From assembly GCA_037447605.1 (NCBI GenBank), contig CM074817.1, positions 1,054,001 through 1,118,000 of the forward strand: a stretch of 64,000 bases of DNA, given 5' to 3'. The notes under the pieces were generated by a model that searched no databases, had not been told where the DNA came from, and was given only the letters and a program-made list of their open reading frames with translations. Positions within the stretch are counted from its first letter, which is position 1; every line of letters starts with the position of its first letter. Shown here one piece after another: positions 34,254 to 47,623 of the stretch. The translations under genes were made by a program, and so were the position numbers. This stretch comes from Zygnema circumcarinatum SAG 698-1b. Taxonomy: Eukaryota > Plantae > Zygnematophyceae.

Positions 34254-37200
34254 AAACTCCTTACGTTTACTTTACTGTGACAGCTGGGAAATGACAGCTA
34301 CGGCAGTCCCACCTGCTACTGCAACATCCGAGACTGGACGGATGCATATTACAATACCAGCATCTCGTATGCGTGGGTCACTTACCCCAACTCCACCTGC
34401 TTGAGCGACTGCTCCAGCTTTGTTACTGGAAGCGGATACATATCTCCCAACGCGGATCCTGGAGGAGACGCAGTTGTGAACCATGTGGCAATGGCCATGT
34501 CCGGCATGGCCATGGACCCGGAGCTGAATGGATGGAGGGGAGAAAACGACCAGATTGATGCGGCCTACCTCTGCAAGTACAATTACAGCACTACCAGAAC
34601 CAATGCAGAAGGAGGTACGGAAAGGCTTTGAGAGCAGGTTCCAAGGAGTAGTTAAAGTGGAAGAGTCTAGGTTTATGCTAAAAAGTGAGGCTAAGAAACC
34701 AGCAAAGTCTGCTGGTTTACTGTGAAATGGCCTAAGGTGAGCCTATTTTGGGGCATTGCAGGAACCTTTAATGTGTACGGAAGCGGCAATACTACATTTC
34801 TCATTTCTCAAATGTGGGACGTCGAAAAGGGTTCTTGTGGCTTGCAGGCTTCTGCTTTTATCCCTCCGCCTCCGCCTCCTCGACCACCTCCACTACCACC
34901 TCCTCCTCGTCCACCACCTCCTCTCCCACCCCCTTTGAAAAGCCCTCCTCCTCCTCCTCCTCCTCCTCCGTCACCATACCCACCTCCTCCCTTCGCTGTA
35001 TCAACACCACCTCCAGGTTCTTGTTCACCTTTCCATCCTGCATGCATGCTATTTTAATGAGATTTTTTTTTCTTTTTTCGATTAGTTGGTTCAGCAAGAC
35101 GTATGCCAATGTTCCTCTTCAAAATCTTGTACGCTGGATTAAAGCTAATGGCCTTTCTAATGTTTTGATCCAAACGACTTTCTGGAAGGGGTTTCCGACA
35201 GCATGCTTTTAATAGTCTCAAGTCCTGCATTCAACCATGACTACCCTCTAATTGTGCGATCGATTTTTGTGACGGCTCCAGGTGAAAAAAAATCGAGCAA
35301 AAGTCTGGTTCCTATTATTGTTGCAATAGCTGTTTGTGTTGGCCTTATTTCCGTAGCAGCGTTCTTGGTTTTCCTTTGGTGGATGCGCCGACGCAAGGAC
35401 GCTTCAAAAGCTTCACAGAAAGGTGCATAAAATGGCTCCTGATTGCAATTTCTTGCGCTTCTTTCTCTGTTTCTTACTCCCTCTCCCTGCTACTCAAACA
35501 CATAGCAAACACACCAAAAAGTACAGTACACACAGCACATCATAAACAGCAGTTTTCAAGTACATATTGACGTTTCCTTCTCGTCCTGCTGCATGTGACT
35601 GCATGCGAGAGTCTGACAATACAAGTTTTCTTGCCTGTTATATTGCCGCGTACAGGCGTGCCTCCAGGAGGGGGACCGCCCGGAGGGATGCTGGCGCTGG
35701 GCGCGGGCGGAGGCGTGATTCAGCTTCCGGGCGGACACCTCATTCAGGCGTGGACCCTTGAAGAAGTCGCAGCAGCGACCGGGAATTTCAGCGACGAGAA
35801 CAAGCTTGGAAAAGGCGGATATGGAACAGTCTACAGAGGGACTGCTCCCGATGGCTCCGTTTGGGCGGTCAAGAGAGCGCTGCGAGTGAGCGATGGAGAG
35901 GCCGACTCAGAGTTTGAAGACGAGGTGAGCTTCACAACTGCATGGCATGCAGAAAGAGTTTATTATTCAGGAAAGAGTATTGCGTAGAAATCCCTTATAA
36001 CATTTTTGTGGTTATATTCATGAGCCGAGACTGGCATGGTGCCAGGTTGAGTGTCTTCAAACCCTTTTACAGTGATCCAAGGAACTTCTTAGCGTTTGCA
36101 GGAGAGGCTGCTGATATTGGGAGGGGAGGAAGTGCAGGTCAAACTGATCGCACCCATGGCGCACCGCAACTTGGTCTCTTTGAAGGGATTCTGCGCGGAG
36201 AAGGGAGAGCAGATTCTCATATATGAATTTGTGGCAAATGGAACACTAAAGCAGCACCTGATGCTGGATCCAAGTGAGGCCCCTATCCTGATTCCGCATT
36301 CTCTGAGTGAAGGATTTCAAAACCTTGCAAAGCCCTCTCGCTTCCTTCAGACTCGATTTGAGATAACGTCATGAAGGGGCTGGGAAGTAATGCATCCAGC
36401 AATGCCTTCATAATCTCCGTAGTTCTCAGTTGGGCAAGTGAACATTTCGACAAGTGACGCATACATCAGTGACTCTCAATTCGCTTTATCAATAGATTGA
36501 TAGCGTGGAACCATCGAAAGAAATTAAATCGAGGCGGTATGTTTATTCACATGCAGACAAGTATTCCTGAGCCTAGCTACTGCCTTTAAGCTCATTGAAA
36601 TGTGCTAACTTGAGCTAATCCGTTTGTTTCTCTGTTTGCTCTGCACACAGAGCTCGGCGGAGTCCCATTGAGTTTCGCGCAGCGTTTGGAGATTGCCATC
36701 GGCTCCGCGCGAGGGCTGCAATACTTGCACAGCTTCGCGAAGGAGCCGGTCATCCACCGCGACATCAAGTCGGAAAACATTCTCCTTGATGCGAACTTGC
36801 AGGTGAGAGAGCCGCACATTAATACATAAAACACACTTGAATACACTTTTTATACTTTTTACCAGACTATACCTCTCTGCCTATATCAACATCGACATGC
36901 TTATTGTGCTCTATTGACTGTTCCACCATCTGCAGGCCAAAGTAGCAGACTTCGGTCTTTTGAAGCCCTTGAATGAAGAGGCGACGCACGTGTCAACGCG
37001 CGTTGCAGGAACCATCGGCTACATGGACCCTGAGTACCGTCAGCTGCACCACGTTTCAACAAAAAGTGATGTGTATAGGTGAGTTCTAAGGGGAGAGCTC
37101 GAGAGGGAAGGAGGCCCAGATGAGGTTTAACAAAGGCGTCTACACTCCACTTACTTTTTCAGAAGCAATTCAACGCATAGTTTTGTGTGTTCACATAGTT

Positions 37201-37867
37201 TTGTGTGTCAATGCAAGTGATGTATTAATGTGTCAGTTTGGCTTCTGTTCCTAATGGCGAAATTTGCATGTGTGGCTGCAGCTTTGGAGTGGTGCTCTTG
37301 GAGCTGATCACAGGGAAGAGGCCGATCGTATTGGCGGACAGTCCTGCAGAGGGAGAGCAGACAATGGAACGCATCACTTTGGTGCAGTGGGTCAGTCCTG
37401 AAGCGCTCCATCTTCTTCAAAATCTTCACTTTACCTTCCTTTCTCTTTTCCATCTTTTTTTCTTTTCCTTCTTATCCTTTATTCTGTCTGTAAATGCTTG
37501 GATTCCAACCCTAGCTGACTGGCTACAATTGTGTGTTCAGGTAAACCTGCAAGCTCAAACTGAGCAATGGGCGGCCATAGTTGATCCTCTCCTTAAGGAA
37601 GATTACCCCCTTGAAGGCGCCAAGAGGTTCATCCATCTTGCAAGACTCTGCACACAAGTGGAGAGCCATACGAGGCCGAGCATGGAGGAGGTTACAAGGC
37701 GACTTGAAGAGATAAAGTCTGGAGGGGCTGTGGACTGGGACAAGGAAATTGGAACTTTACCGAATCAAAGGATCTCTTCCCCTTATCAACACGACCTCAA
37801 CTCTATAACAACAAGCACAACCGAAAGCTTCATTCCTCCACTTTCAGAACGTCCAGGGATCCGGTGA
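33054..37867 (+). CDS. Receptor-like kinase with PHI-1/EXORDIUM ectodomain, Pro-rich linker, TM helix and RD Ser/Thr kinase; ~818 aa, 10 exons
   Basis: Exons 33054-33647, 34284-34614, 34762-35016, 35282-35422, 35656-35924, 36138-36273, 36651-36802, 36936-37078, 37282-37390, 37541-37867 (2457 nt, in frame). Signal peptide [23 protein letters not shown]-1 motifs [71 protein letters not shown]. Kinase [43 protein letters not shown]. The 35016 to 35282 junction is inferred from the phase match. Confidence 0.82.
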
Positions 37868-39842
37868 CCGGGTCTGCCACGGCACAATCAAATCATGTTT
37901 TTCCTTTTCTTGTCAAAAGAAAATAGTGATGGACAGTACAGTCAGAAGGCTGCGCAGGCTAGGTCAATCAGTTCATTGACTAATTATGTAATTAGAAGTT
38001 TGGAGAGGAAGTTTGTTTAAGATGGAAACAAGTGGCGAAGAAGCGAAATGTTGATGTGCGTCGGAGGAGGAGGAGGACAGTTCCTCCTTGTAAGAGCGAG
38101 TCGGCTTACCCTTTAAGCGTCAGAAATTGTTTGTTATGCCCCCTCGGCCGACCCTTCATGGAAAGCAGAGGTTCCGACGACTTAACTTTTGCCCTTTTGG
38201 ACGGTGCCCTGCTCCGCATTTCTGCCGATGTTGCGGTGGCCGACCTTCCAAAACCCTAAAAACCCTAGGAACCCTACCAACCATCAAAACCCTAAAAGCG
38301 CCTCTGGAGGCCCCTCCAGCTCCGCTCGCCACTTGGCGCACATCGGCGCCCTTTGCGGGTGCTTCTAGCGCCGTGTTGTTGTTGTTGTTGTTGTCGTCGA
38401 AGCAAAGTTGTGCTCATGGCTCTCCGGTCCAGCTCATAATTTTGCGGAGATTTCGGGCCGAGGGACGCGCGCACTCGCACTTGCCAGCCGGGATTGGTGG
38501 GACACGTGGGCACGTGCCATTCGCTGGGACCGAGCCCCTTCACAGATCTAACGGTTGTCGTGGCGCGATGTGCGAGAGAATTGACGGTGGAGATTGAACG
38601 CACTTGTGAAGGACGCACATCCGCGAACGACCTCGTGGCGGACGGATCTTCCGCTCCGAGCGGATTCGGGCAGGCTGATTTTTTTTTTCTCTCAAAAAAA
38701 ATTTCAGGGGGGATATCCAAAATGGGGGGGCGAAATATCATTTTCCTTGTTCTTTCTCTCGCCCTTTTGTCCTCTGTGAGAGGTTGGCTCCTCGTGGTTC
38801 CCCGTGTTGCTGTTGTTGTTGGCCATGCACCAATCATGCCATGGCCATGCGTGAGACCAATATCCAAATTGAATTCATTTTTGTGAAGGCAAGTATAGAA
38901 CCGTCCATTGCGAACTTAGTCAAGCACCTGCCAATGGCGCGCTGCCACGTGGACAATCTTTCACACTTGGCGAATGCCTAATGGACGTGTTGAGTCTCTC
39001 AGTTTTAGGGGTTTGGGTATTAGGGTCTAAGGTTTGGGGTTTAAGGTCTAGGCGACGGAGAAAGACCAGTTATTTCGGTGTCATAAAGAAAGACTCGAGA
39101 GTGAATCTTGTGCCGTTTCAGACATATGCAATTATGGGTGATTCATTCATGCATGCATGCTGGCGTGCGTGTGCTGCTGCATGTCACCGTTAGGAAGGGC
39201 CGAGCCGACTTAAGGCTCCTTTGGGCATATAATGCGAGGCGAGGCAGGATGGAGGGAGGGAGGGAGGGGAGGAGGGAGGCAGGGGTGGGAGGGGAGGGAG
39301 AGGGGGGGAGGGAGGGAGGGAGGGAGGGAGGGAGGGAGGGAGGGAAACAAGAAGGTGCTCTGATGTAGTTTGCAGGTGGAGAGGACGGGGGCCTTAGTTT
39401 ATATATGGTAAGTAGAATAATTTGCAAGGGGAAGGGGACCATCTCGCTTGAGCAATTGAGCCTCTCATACTGTCATCTTTTCTACGATGTCAAACGCCAA
39501 GTTGATATTCTTCAATACGAGGTAAGCGTGCAGATGCAAGCAATAGGGTGGGTCAGACTTAGCCCCGAGCGTACTAATTCCCGAATTTAGTACAGGCTAC
39601 TCACGTTATAGTGACATTGTTTATAATAACAGCATGGATATACTGCAACCTTTGCGTCCCCGTAGTGACGTCATTCCCGTACGGAGCCAGCCGTGGTTCT
39701 CCATGTTGTTGCTGTCGGCCATGCACCATTCATGTCATCGCCATGCGTGAGACCAACGCCAAATCCTTCTCGTTCTCTTCTCCTTCCTTTCCTTTCCTTC
39801 CTTTCTCTCGACCTGTTTCGGGGGGACTAGTACTGTACACAT

Positions 39843-40202
39843 GGCCAAATCAAAATCGTAAGCCTGCCGGCCGTATTTCGCACTGGCTAGGTACGCATTT
39901 CGGTACGGCTGGGTTCGGCGGAGACGCGGATCCCGACCCGAAATATATACACAAAAAAAGTGACTTTTCGTATACTGAATTCGGGAATTTCGTACGCTCC
40001 GTGCTAAGTCTGACCCCTCCTATTAGGGGAAGTCAGACCTTGACCACCGCTTACGAAATTCCCCAATTCCTTATAGTAAAAGTCACTTCTTTCGTGTACG
40101 AATTCCGGGTCGGGATCCGAGGCTCCGCCGTACACAGCCGTACCGAAATGCGTACCTAGCCAATGCTGAATTTGCCCGACAGGCTTACGAAATTGATTTG
40201 GC
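39843..40202. mobile_element. ~360-bp foldback (MITE-like) element, essentially one long imperfect hairpin; partial extra copy at ~39550-39595
   Basis: The left arm GCCAAATCAAAATCGTAAGCCTG..GCTAGGTACGCATTTCGGTACGGCTG..GGATCCCGACCCG..AAGTGACTTTT pairs with the right arm AAAAGTCACTT..CGGGTCGGGATCC..CAGCCGTACCGAAATGCGTACCTAGC..CAGGCTTACGAAATTGATTTGGC. No TSD established. Confidence 0.7.
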
Positions 40203-41468
40203 GATGGTTGAGGTCTGACTCCCCCTATTTCGTATGGGGATAAGGGGAAAGGAATTGTGCAGAGAGAAATGTGATCGGTGGCTTCTGATTGCTCGAAGCA
40301 TCACTTGCTGACGTCTGCTTTCGTGGGCCTACAACCCTACGACTCTCCGCCGCATTTCCGCGAAATGTCGGTCCAACCACCCCCGTCCATCTCACAGGTG
40401 ACGGCAACAGCAGTCAACGTAGCTCTAAAACTTCGGTCAAATCCCATTCTCGAAAATTAACCAATCACAAGCCACCGACACAACACGGATAACCCACCGA
40501 CCACCAATCGATCGCTTGCCGACTTCTCACCGACCATCCACCGACCACTGGACCCACCCTCGGTGCCCCACGGGACCCGTGGGCTTGTTGGGCCGGGACG
40601 GCGAGCTCGTCGTATTCGATATCGCCATATCGCCATACTGATGTCTTATCGTCTCTAACCGACAGAGCCTGCCGGCGATTATGTACGGCAGGCTTATTGG
40701 TTCCCTTACAGAGTTACAGTACAAAAAAATCTCCAGCGGCGGCAATTTGCCGGTCTTGGTCGATACGTTGCCGATATGGCGATATCGACTTGCCTGTCGG
40801 AAACGACATCATTGGCCGCTCGGCGACTGGTGGTTGTACACCACATGTGTGACAGCGGCTTCGGATTGGCTGGTCTTCCAATCGTAGGTCTCTAGGTGTC
40901 GGGCTTCTCCATTGTGCCGCCAGGCCCGCCACGTGTTCGGTTGTCTTGTTGTTTTAGGCGGTCCGCAAAATGACCCAGAAAATCAACGCTAAGCGACAAA
41001 ACATATTCATCGAATCTGGTCCTCTGGGAAAAAGACAGCGAGCGTGGCAGACGTTCCAAAGTTAGGGTTGTCATTATGGCGTCACAATGTTTGTTGCAAG
41101 GGCAGTATTTTCTGGCTGCTTGTGTAATTCCAAAATCCATGACGAAAGCATTTTGAACTACACGACAAACCAATGGTCGTTGTCGGTCCTGCCTCCCGGT
41201 GGTCAGCGGCCACCGTTGACCCACCCGCCGAACCGACAGATTTTCCGAGCAGGAGCGTGACATCTGTGACGCCTCATTGACCGATTCTGCGGGAGGGAGG
41301 AAGCGTCGGTGACGGGCGGTCAGCGTTCAGGGGGAGGGAGAGAGAGAGGGCGAGAGGGAGGAAGGCGGAGGGAGAGAGACAGTGGGGAGGGAGAGGGTTC
41401 AGGGTCAGGTATAGGGCTAGAATTAGGGTTCAGGGCGAAGGGTTAAGAGGTGAGGGCGAGGTACGGGA

Positions 41469-44400
41469 ATGGCGACGTTGCGAGGAGCCGTTGCGGCCTG
41501 CATGGCGGTGGCGCTGCTGGGGGCGGTGGGACTGGGGGAGGGGGTGGAGCTGGACGCCGGGGACAGTGAGTGGCCCGCTTCTGCGCTGCTCAAGGAGGGA
41601 GGGGGGAGGGGGAGGGAGAGGGGGAGGGGGGAGGGGGAGGGGGGAGGGGAGGGGGGAGGGGAGAAGGGGAGGGGGGAGGGGGAGGGGGGGGAGGGGGAGG
41701 GGGAGGGGGAGGGGGGAGGGGAGGGGGGAGGGGAGGAGGGGAGGAGGGAGGGGGAGGGGGGAGGGGAGGGGAGGGAGGGGAGGGGGGGAGGGAGAGGGGG
41801 AGGGGGAGGGGGGGGAGGGGGGAGGGGGGAGGGGGGAGGGGGGAGGGGGGAGGGGGGGGAGGGGGGAGGGGGAGGGGGAGGGGGAGGGGGAGGGTGGGGA
41901 GGGGGGAGGGGAGGGGGAGGGGGAGGGAGAGGGGGAGGGGGAGGGGGGAGGGGGGAGGGGGAGGGGAGGGAGGGGAGGGGAGGGGGAGGGAGAGGGAGGG
42001 GAGGGGGAGGGGGGAGGGGGGAGGTGCGAGGCGGGAGGAGGAGGGGGAGGGGAGGGGAAGGGTAGGAGAAGGGTAGGAGAAGGGGAAGGGAGGAGGCTCA
42101 GGCTGCCACGGCGGCTCTCGTTCAGAGGGTGCGGTAGAAGGGAGAGAGAGGGATTTGTGGGAACTGTCAGGATAATTAACTCTTACTATGTCGTTGTATG
42201 ACATTGTCTCAGAAGTGGGTCTCATAATGACGATGGTGTTTGACATGAGTGAGGTGCATAGAATTAAACACAGCTCCTTCGGGCGTTTGGCAACTCATGA
42301 CCCCACTTTCAGCAAGTCTCCATTAACCGCACAATTCACGTAACCATGGCAACCTCCTATAGAATTTGCTGAATCACGTTAATAAATTAAGCTATATTAT
42401 CGTATACTATGTAAATTTCAAGTTTGAAAATTCCTTGTAAAGGCTAAGGTTTCGATACGTAACAAGTAACATACCGGAATTACGGCTGATGATGATATAC
42501 GTTTCTCTTAGTCCATAATATGCGAACAGTGTTGCTCATATATTACATAAGTTCCTTCAATTTTCTTCTTTCTTTCTTCTTCTTTCTTCTGTCGACTAAA
42601 AGTTGAATTTCAGGCTCACCTGTGGCTCTTGTAAAGTCCAAACTTCGCAATGCTCAAAGCTGTAGTGAAAGGTGGGAGGTACGCTTTAATGCTGCTAGCA
42701 GCCCTTTCAATGGTTTTTTTTGCGTGTCCTGACGAGGTTTTTTCTTGTGCTTGGAACACACCCAGGCATCGCCTTATTATCAATAAAGAATTCCTTCACA
42801 AATGCTTCCGTCCTGTCGACATGGACGGCGAACAACACAAACTGCAGCTCCTGGGTTGGCCTCACTTGCGACTCTGCAGGCCGAGTCATACAACTGTAAG
42901 TTCCGTCCTGTTTCTGGGAAGCAGGAAAGCTGTGAAGGCCTGCTTCTTTATCTGCTTTACTCAATGCGTTTTCTTCAATATTGCCAGCAGTTCTGCAGCA
43001 TATGGTTGATTAGCAGGGACCTTGAGTGTATGCAGTTGGGTTTTTTCTGTATCACTTCCAATCACTGGCTTCAATTTTCCTAAAACCTGTTTGGAATGAT
43101 ACGTGCAGAGATCTGTATAACATGGGTGTTGGAGGAGTGATCTCACCTGCAATCGGCGGCCTGACGAAACTCCAAATTTTGTAAGTTCTATGCCTAGGAT
43201 CAAGACATTACTAGGAGAGAAACTCTTATCGTTATTGTATCGTATTGTATCGCTGCTCCATCAGTGTGGCTCTACCTCATCGTGCATCCTCGTTGAAGGT
43301 CACCAGACTCACAAATTAGGGTTGCTGGCAGAAACCTTTATCGCAATGGCTTAAGTGGAGCCATTCCAGACACAATCGGCAACCTTACAAATCTACAACT
43401 CGTGTGCGTATCTTTCCTATAGACTTTCCCTCAACCAACATTTAGCCTTTCAGTGTATGCGAAGTGAATCCTACATTGAAAATTTCTCTACAAGGATATT
43501 TTGAAGTTAATTGAAGTTAAGTTGATTTTGAAGCTCCCTAATTTATGTTGCCCTTATTCAGACCAACGCTATTGCTGCTCACAGATACTTGAAAAACAAT
43601 CAAATAAATGGCAGCATCCCAGACACAATCGGCAACCTGACCACCCTGCAGTATTTGTAAGTGTTTCGTCAACCTGAAACTTTCACTCAGCCGAAAACTC
43701 TGCAATTTGACCAATGCGGAAATCTGAGAAGAAACTCATGTTTCTGATTTTTGTCTATCTGCGATGGCTGGCAGATTTCTTAACATGAACAACCTCACTG
43801 GCGCCATCCCCCCTGTACTCGGCAACCTTGTTAACCTAACGAAGCTGTGAGTTTCATGTTCATGAAGCCCTACCATGTGCTGGCTCTATCTGCTATGATA
43901 TACCAAGCCACCTTTCAACGTACTTAACTCGGCAGATGCTCATTAAACTCAGTCATCACCTTTGCTTGCAGTTTTCTCAGCTACAATCAGCTAACCGGCA
44001 CAGTCCCCGAGACTATTGGCGGACTCACCAACCTGCAGGAATTGTGAGTTTTTTCATGGAGGTTCTCATTCGAAATGGCAATCATGATTATGAGATGCTT
44101 CCAAAAAGGAATGTGTTTCCATTGCCCAGTTTTCCTCGCCTTCTTTCCACCTTTTTCGCTTTTCTCACCCTAAATGCCCACTCCTACTATATTTTTGCCT
44201 CCCCGATTCGAATCTGATTCGCTTTCATCTGATCTCCCCAACCTGTCTCAACTATGTGCAGGGGAATGGATGGTAATCGGTTGGAGGGAAGGCTCTCCAA
44301 TATCATCGGCAATCTCACATACCTCAAACGCCTGTGCGTTCCAGTTCTTCCATCTTGATCAAACCTGTCCTTTTGCCTTAACAGTGTGCAGGGAGTCCTG

Positions 44401-47400
44401 CCTTGAATGGCATGTGAGTCTCTGCAAGTTTTCTGCATTCACAGCAAAGCAACGCTCGCCCTCATCCGACATTCTAATCTCGTGTTGATTCATTCAACGT
44501 CTCCAAACTTTCAAGCGCTTCTTCAGTGTCTCTCACACGCTGCCACGCGCGTTTCTGCAGATACCTAAATAACAGCCGTTTCACAGGCTCCATATCTTTG
44601 GCCAGCGACTTCCTTCTCACAGTCAACGTTGAAGGAAATTACTTCTCTGGACCGCTAAACTTCACCAAAAATGGCACAAGCTTCTGCTCCTTGGTGGACA
44701 GCAACTGCCTTTTCTTCTACGACTCGTCCGGAGGCTGCGCAGCTTCCCAGCTTCAGCGGAGTCCTTCAGAGTGCGCGGCATTTTGCAACAGTGCGGATGC
44801 CGCCGGTACATGCAGCGGCCATGGCACGTGCGCGTTCGCCACAACCACATGCAACTGCGATGAGGGATACACATTGGCGCTAGGGACCTGCTCTCCATCC
44901 AGTGAGTGGTTTCTTACTATGGGAGAGATTCTGCTGAGGGGCTGATTGATGCTTGTTGCAGTCGATCATGCTCAACGAATGGTCCATACAGTGGGGTTTA
45001 TTGATCAGCCACTCTAATTCCTATATATTGCTATCGCTTTTGTGACAGCTGCAGGTGAAAAAAAGTCGAGTCAAAATCTGGTTCCTATTATTGTTGCAAT
45101 AGCAGTTTCTGTTGGCCTTATTTCCGTAGCAGCGGTCATTTTTTTCGTTTGGTGGATGCGCCGACGCAAAAGAGCTTCATATAAAGGTGCATAGGATGGC
45201 TCCTTGCTCCGATCCCCTCTGCCACACATGCATATCACAACTGTCTCCGGCTCATGCTGTGCACTATCTTCAATTTCGTTCATCCTTATTCATCGACCGC
45301 CGCTTACAGTCAACTTTCCTTTCCCAACAAAAAGCGTGCCTCTCCTAATAGATCCCTCCCGTGAAACAACTCATAGAAGACGATAAACTGCCTACCATCT
45401 ATATTCCTTGATTCAAACACAACAAGCAATACATTACTCACATGACACTACACACAGCAGTTTGAACATAGATTTTGCTCTACTCTCATTCTGCTGCATA
45501 TCTGAGTTTGACAAAGCCAATTCCCCTGTTATATTGCCGCGTACAGGCGTGCCAGGAGGCACGCCCCCCCCTCGAGGGATGCTCTCACGGGGGGCGGGCA
45601 GAGGAATCATTCAGCTGCCGGGAGGACATCTCATTCAAGCTTTGACCCTTGAAGAAGTTGCAGCAGCGACTGGGAATTTCAGCGACGAGAATAAACTTGG
45701 AAAAGGCGGATATGGAACAGTCTACAGAGGGACTGCTCCCGATGGCTCCGTTTGGGCGGTCAAGAGAGCGCTGCGAGTGAGCGATGGAGAGGCCGACTCA
45801 GACTTTGAAGACGAGGTGAGCTTCACAACTGCAAGGCAGAGGGAGTTTACTCTTCAGGAGAGAGCAGCTTGTGGAATGCTGCTGCATTAGGTTGACTCCT
45901 TATCTTCCTTTCATTATCTCCTCCAAAAGTCTTACCTCCATCTGCTGCTGATAATCATATGCAATGACTTGCACTTGCAGGAGAGGCTGCTGATATTGGG
46001 AGGGGGGGGAAGTGCAGGTCAAACTGATCGCACCCATGGCGCACCGCAACTTGGTCTCTTTGAAGGGATTCTGCGCGGAGAAGGGAGAGCAGATTCTCAT
46101 ATATGAATTTGTGGCAAATGGAACCCTAAAGCAGCACCTCATGCTCGATCCAAGTGAGGCCCCTTTCCTGATCCCGCATTCTCTGAGTGAAGAATTTCAA
46201 AACCTTGCAAAGCCCTCTCGCTTCCTTCAGACTCGATTTGAGATAACGTCATGCTGGGGCTCACTTCGTTTTATCAATAGATTGATAGCATGGAACCATC
46301 GAAAGTAATTAAATCGTGGCGGTATGTATATTTACATACAGACAAGTATTCCTGAGCCTAGCTGCTGCCTTTAAGCTCATTGAAATGTGCTAAGTTGAGC
46401 TAATCCGTGTTTTTCTTTCTGTTTGCTCTGCACGCAGAGCTCGGCGGAGTCCCGTTGAGTTTCGCGCAGCGTTTGGAGATTGCCATCGGCTCCGCGCGAG
46501 GGCTGCAATACTTGCACAGCTTCGCGAAGGAGCCGGTCATCCACCGCGACATCAAGTCGGAAAACATTCTCCTTGATGCGAACTTGCAGGTGAGAGCCGC
46601 ACATGCCTTATTCAAACACACATGAATGTACTTTTTATACTTTTTACCAGACTTTACCTCTCTGCCTATCTCAAGATCAACATGCTCATTATGCTCTATT
46701 GACTGTTCCAACCTCTGCAGGCCAAAGTAGCAGACTTCGGTCTTTTGAAGCCCTTGAATGAAGAGGCCACGCACGTGTCAACGCGCGTTGCAGGAACCAT
46801 CGGCTACATGGACCCTGAGTACCGTCACCTTCAGCGTGTTTCAACAAAAAGTGATGTGTATAGGTAAACAATATGCAGAGGGCTAAGAGAGGGAAGGAGG
46901 GTGCGAAAGGGCAGCGGATGAGAGTTACAAAAAGTGTCTATGCTCCAATCGATTTAAAGCAATTCGACACGTATGTGCCTTCTGTGCCTAATAATGTGAT
47001 CTTTGCATGTATGGCTGCAGCTTTGGAGTGGTGCTCTTAGAGCTAATCACAGGGAAGAAGCCGATCGTATTGGCGGACCGGCCTAAAGAAATAGAGCAGA
47101 CAGTAGAGCACATCACACTGGTACAGTGGGTGAGTTCTGAAGCGCCCTATATCAACTTTGGATCTTCGTTCATCTTCTTACTTTTCTTTCCCACCCTTTC
47201 TTCTTATTGCTTCTTGTTTTGTCTGTAACAGCTTAGTTGTAACTATAGTTTTGAGACTTTTATTTGCTTCTTTTGCTGCTCATCTTGTTTGCTCAGGTGA
47301 ACCTGCAAGCTCAAACTGGGAATTGGACAGCCATAGTTGATCCTCTTCTTAAGGAAGATTACCCCCTTGAAGGCGCCAAGAGGTTCATTCAGCTTGCAAG

Positions 47401-47623
47401 ATTATGCACTCAAATGGAGAGCCGAGTGAGGCCGAGCATTGAGGAGGTTACAAGAATTCTTGAAGAGATAAAGTCAGGAGGGGCTGTGGACTTGGAGAAG
47501 GACATTGGAACAATACCGAATCAAAGAATCCCTTTCCCTTATCAACAGGGACCCGGCTCCATAACCACAAGCTCAAGTGAAAGCTTCATTCCTCCACTTT
47601 CGCAACGTCCAGGGATCCGGTAA
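41469..47623 (+). CDS. LRR-EGF receptor-like kinase (RD kinase), ~755 aa, 16 exons
   Basis: Signal-peptide exon 41469-41565. LRRNT exon 42766-42895 ([20 protein letters not shown]). Six 72-nt LRR exons: 43109-43180, 43332-43403, 43585-43656, 43775-43846, 43972-44043, 44262-44333. LRR+EGF exon 44561-44901 ([15 protein letters not shown]). TM exon 45055-45186. Kinase exons 45547-45815, 46018-46153, 46438-46589, 46721-46863, 47021-47129, 47297-47623. Total 2268 nt, in frame. Confidence 0.9.
41590..42065 (+). repeat. (GGGGGA/GGGA)n G-rich tract in intron 1 of the LRR-RLK
   Basis: Directly visible; the Gly- or Pro-rich ORFs here are artefacts. Confidence 0.9.

Noticed and set aside
36102-36137. 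Alternative upstream acceptor adding 12 aa in kinase subdomain III-IV
   Set aside because: The paralogous segment (45981-46017) is 37 nt and out of frame, and the kinase aligns without the insert.
38100-38420. Possible small minus-strand gene (MRSRAPSKRAKVK..|GTAAGC) with weak similarity to 47760-47830
   Set aside because: No recognisable domain or convincing downstream exon; the similarity is explained by duplicated RLK 3' flanks.
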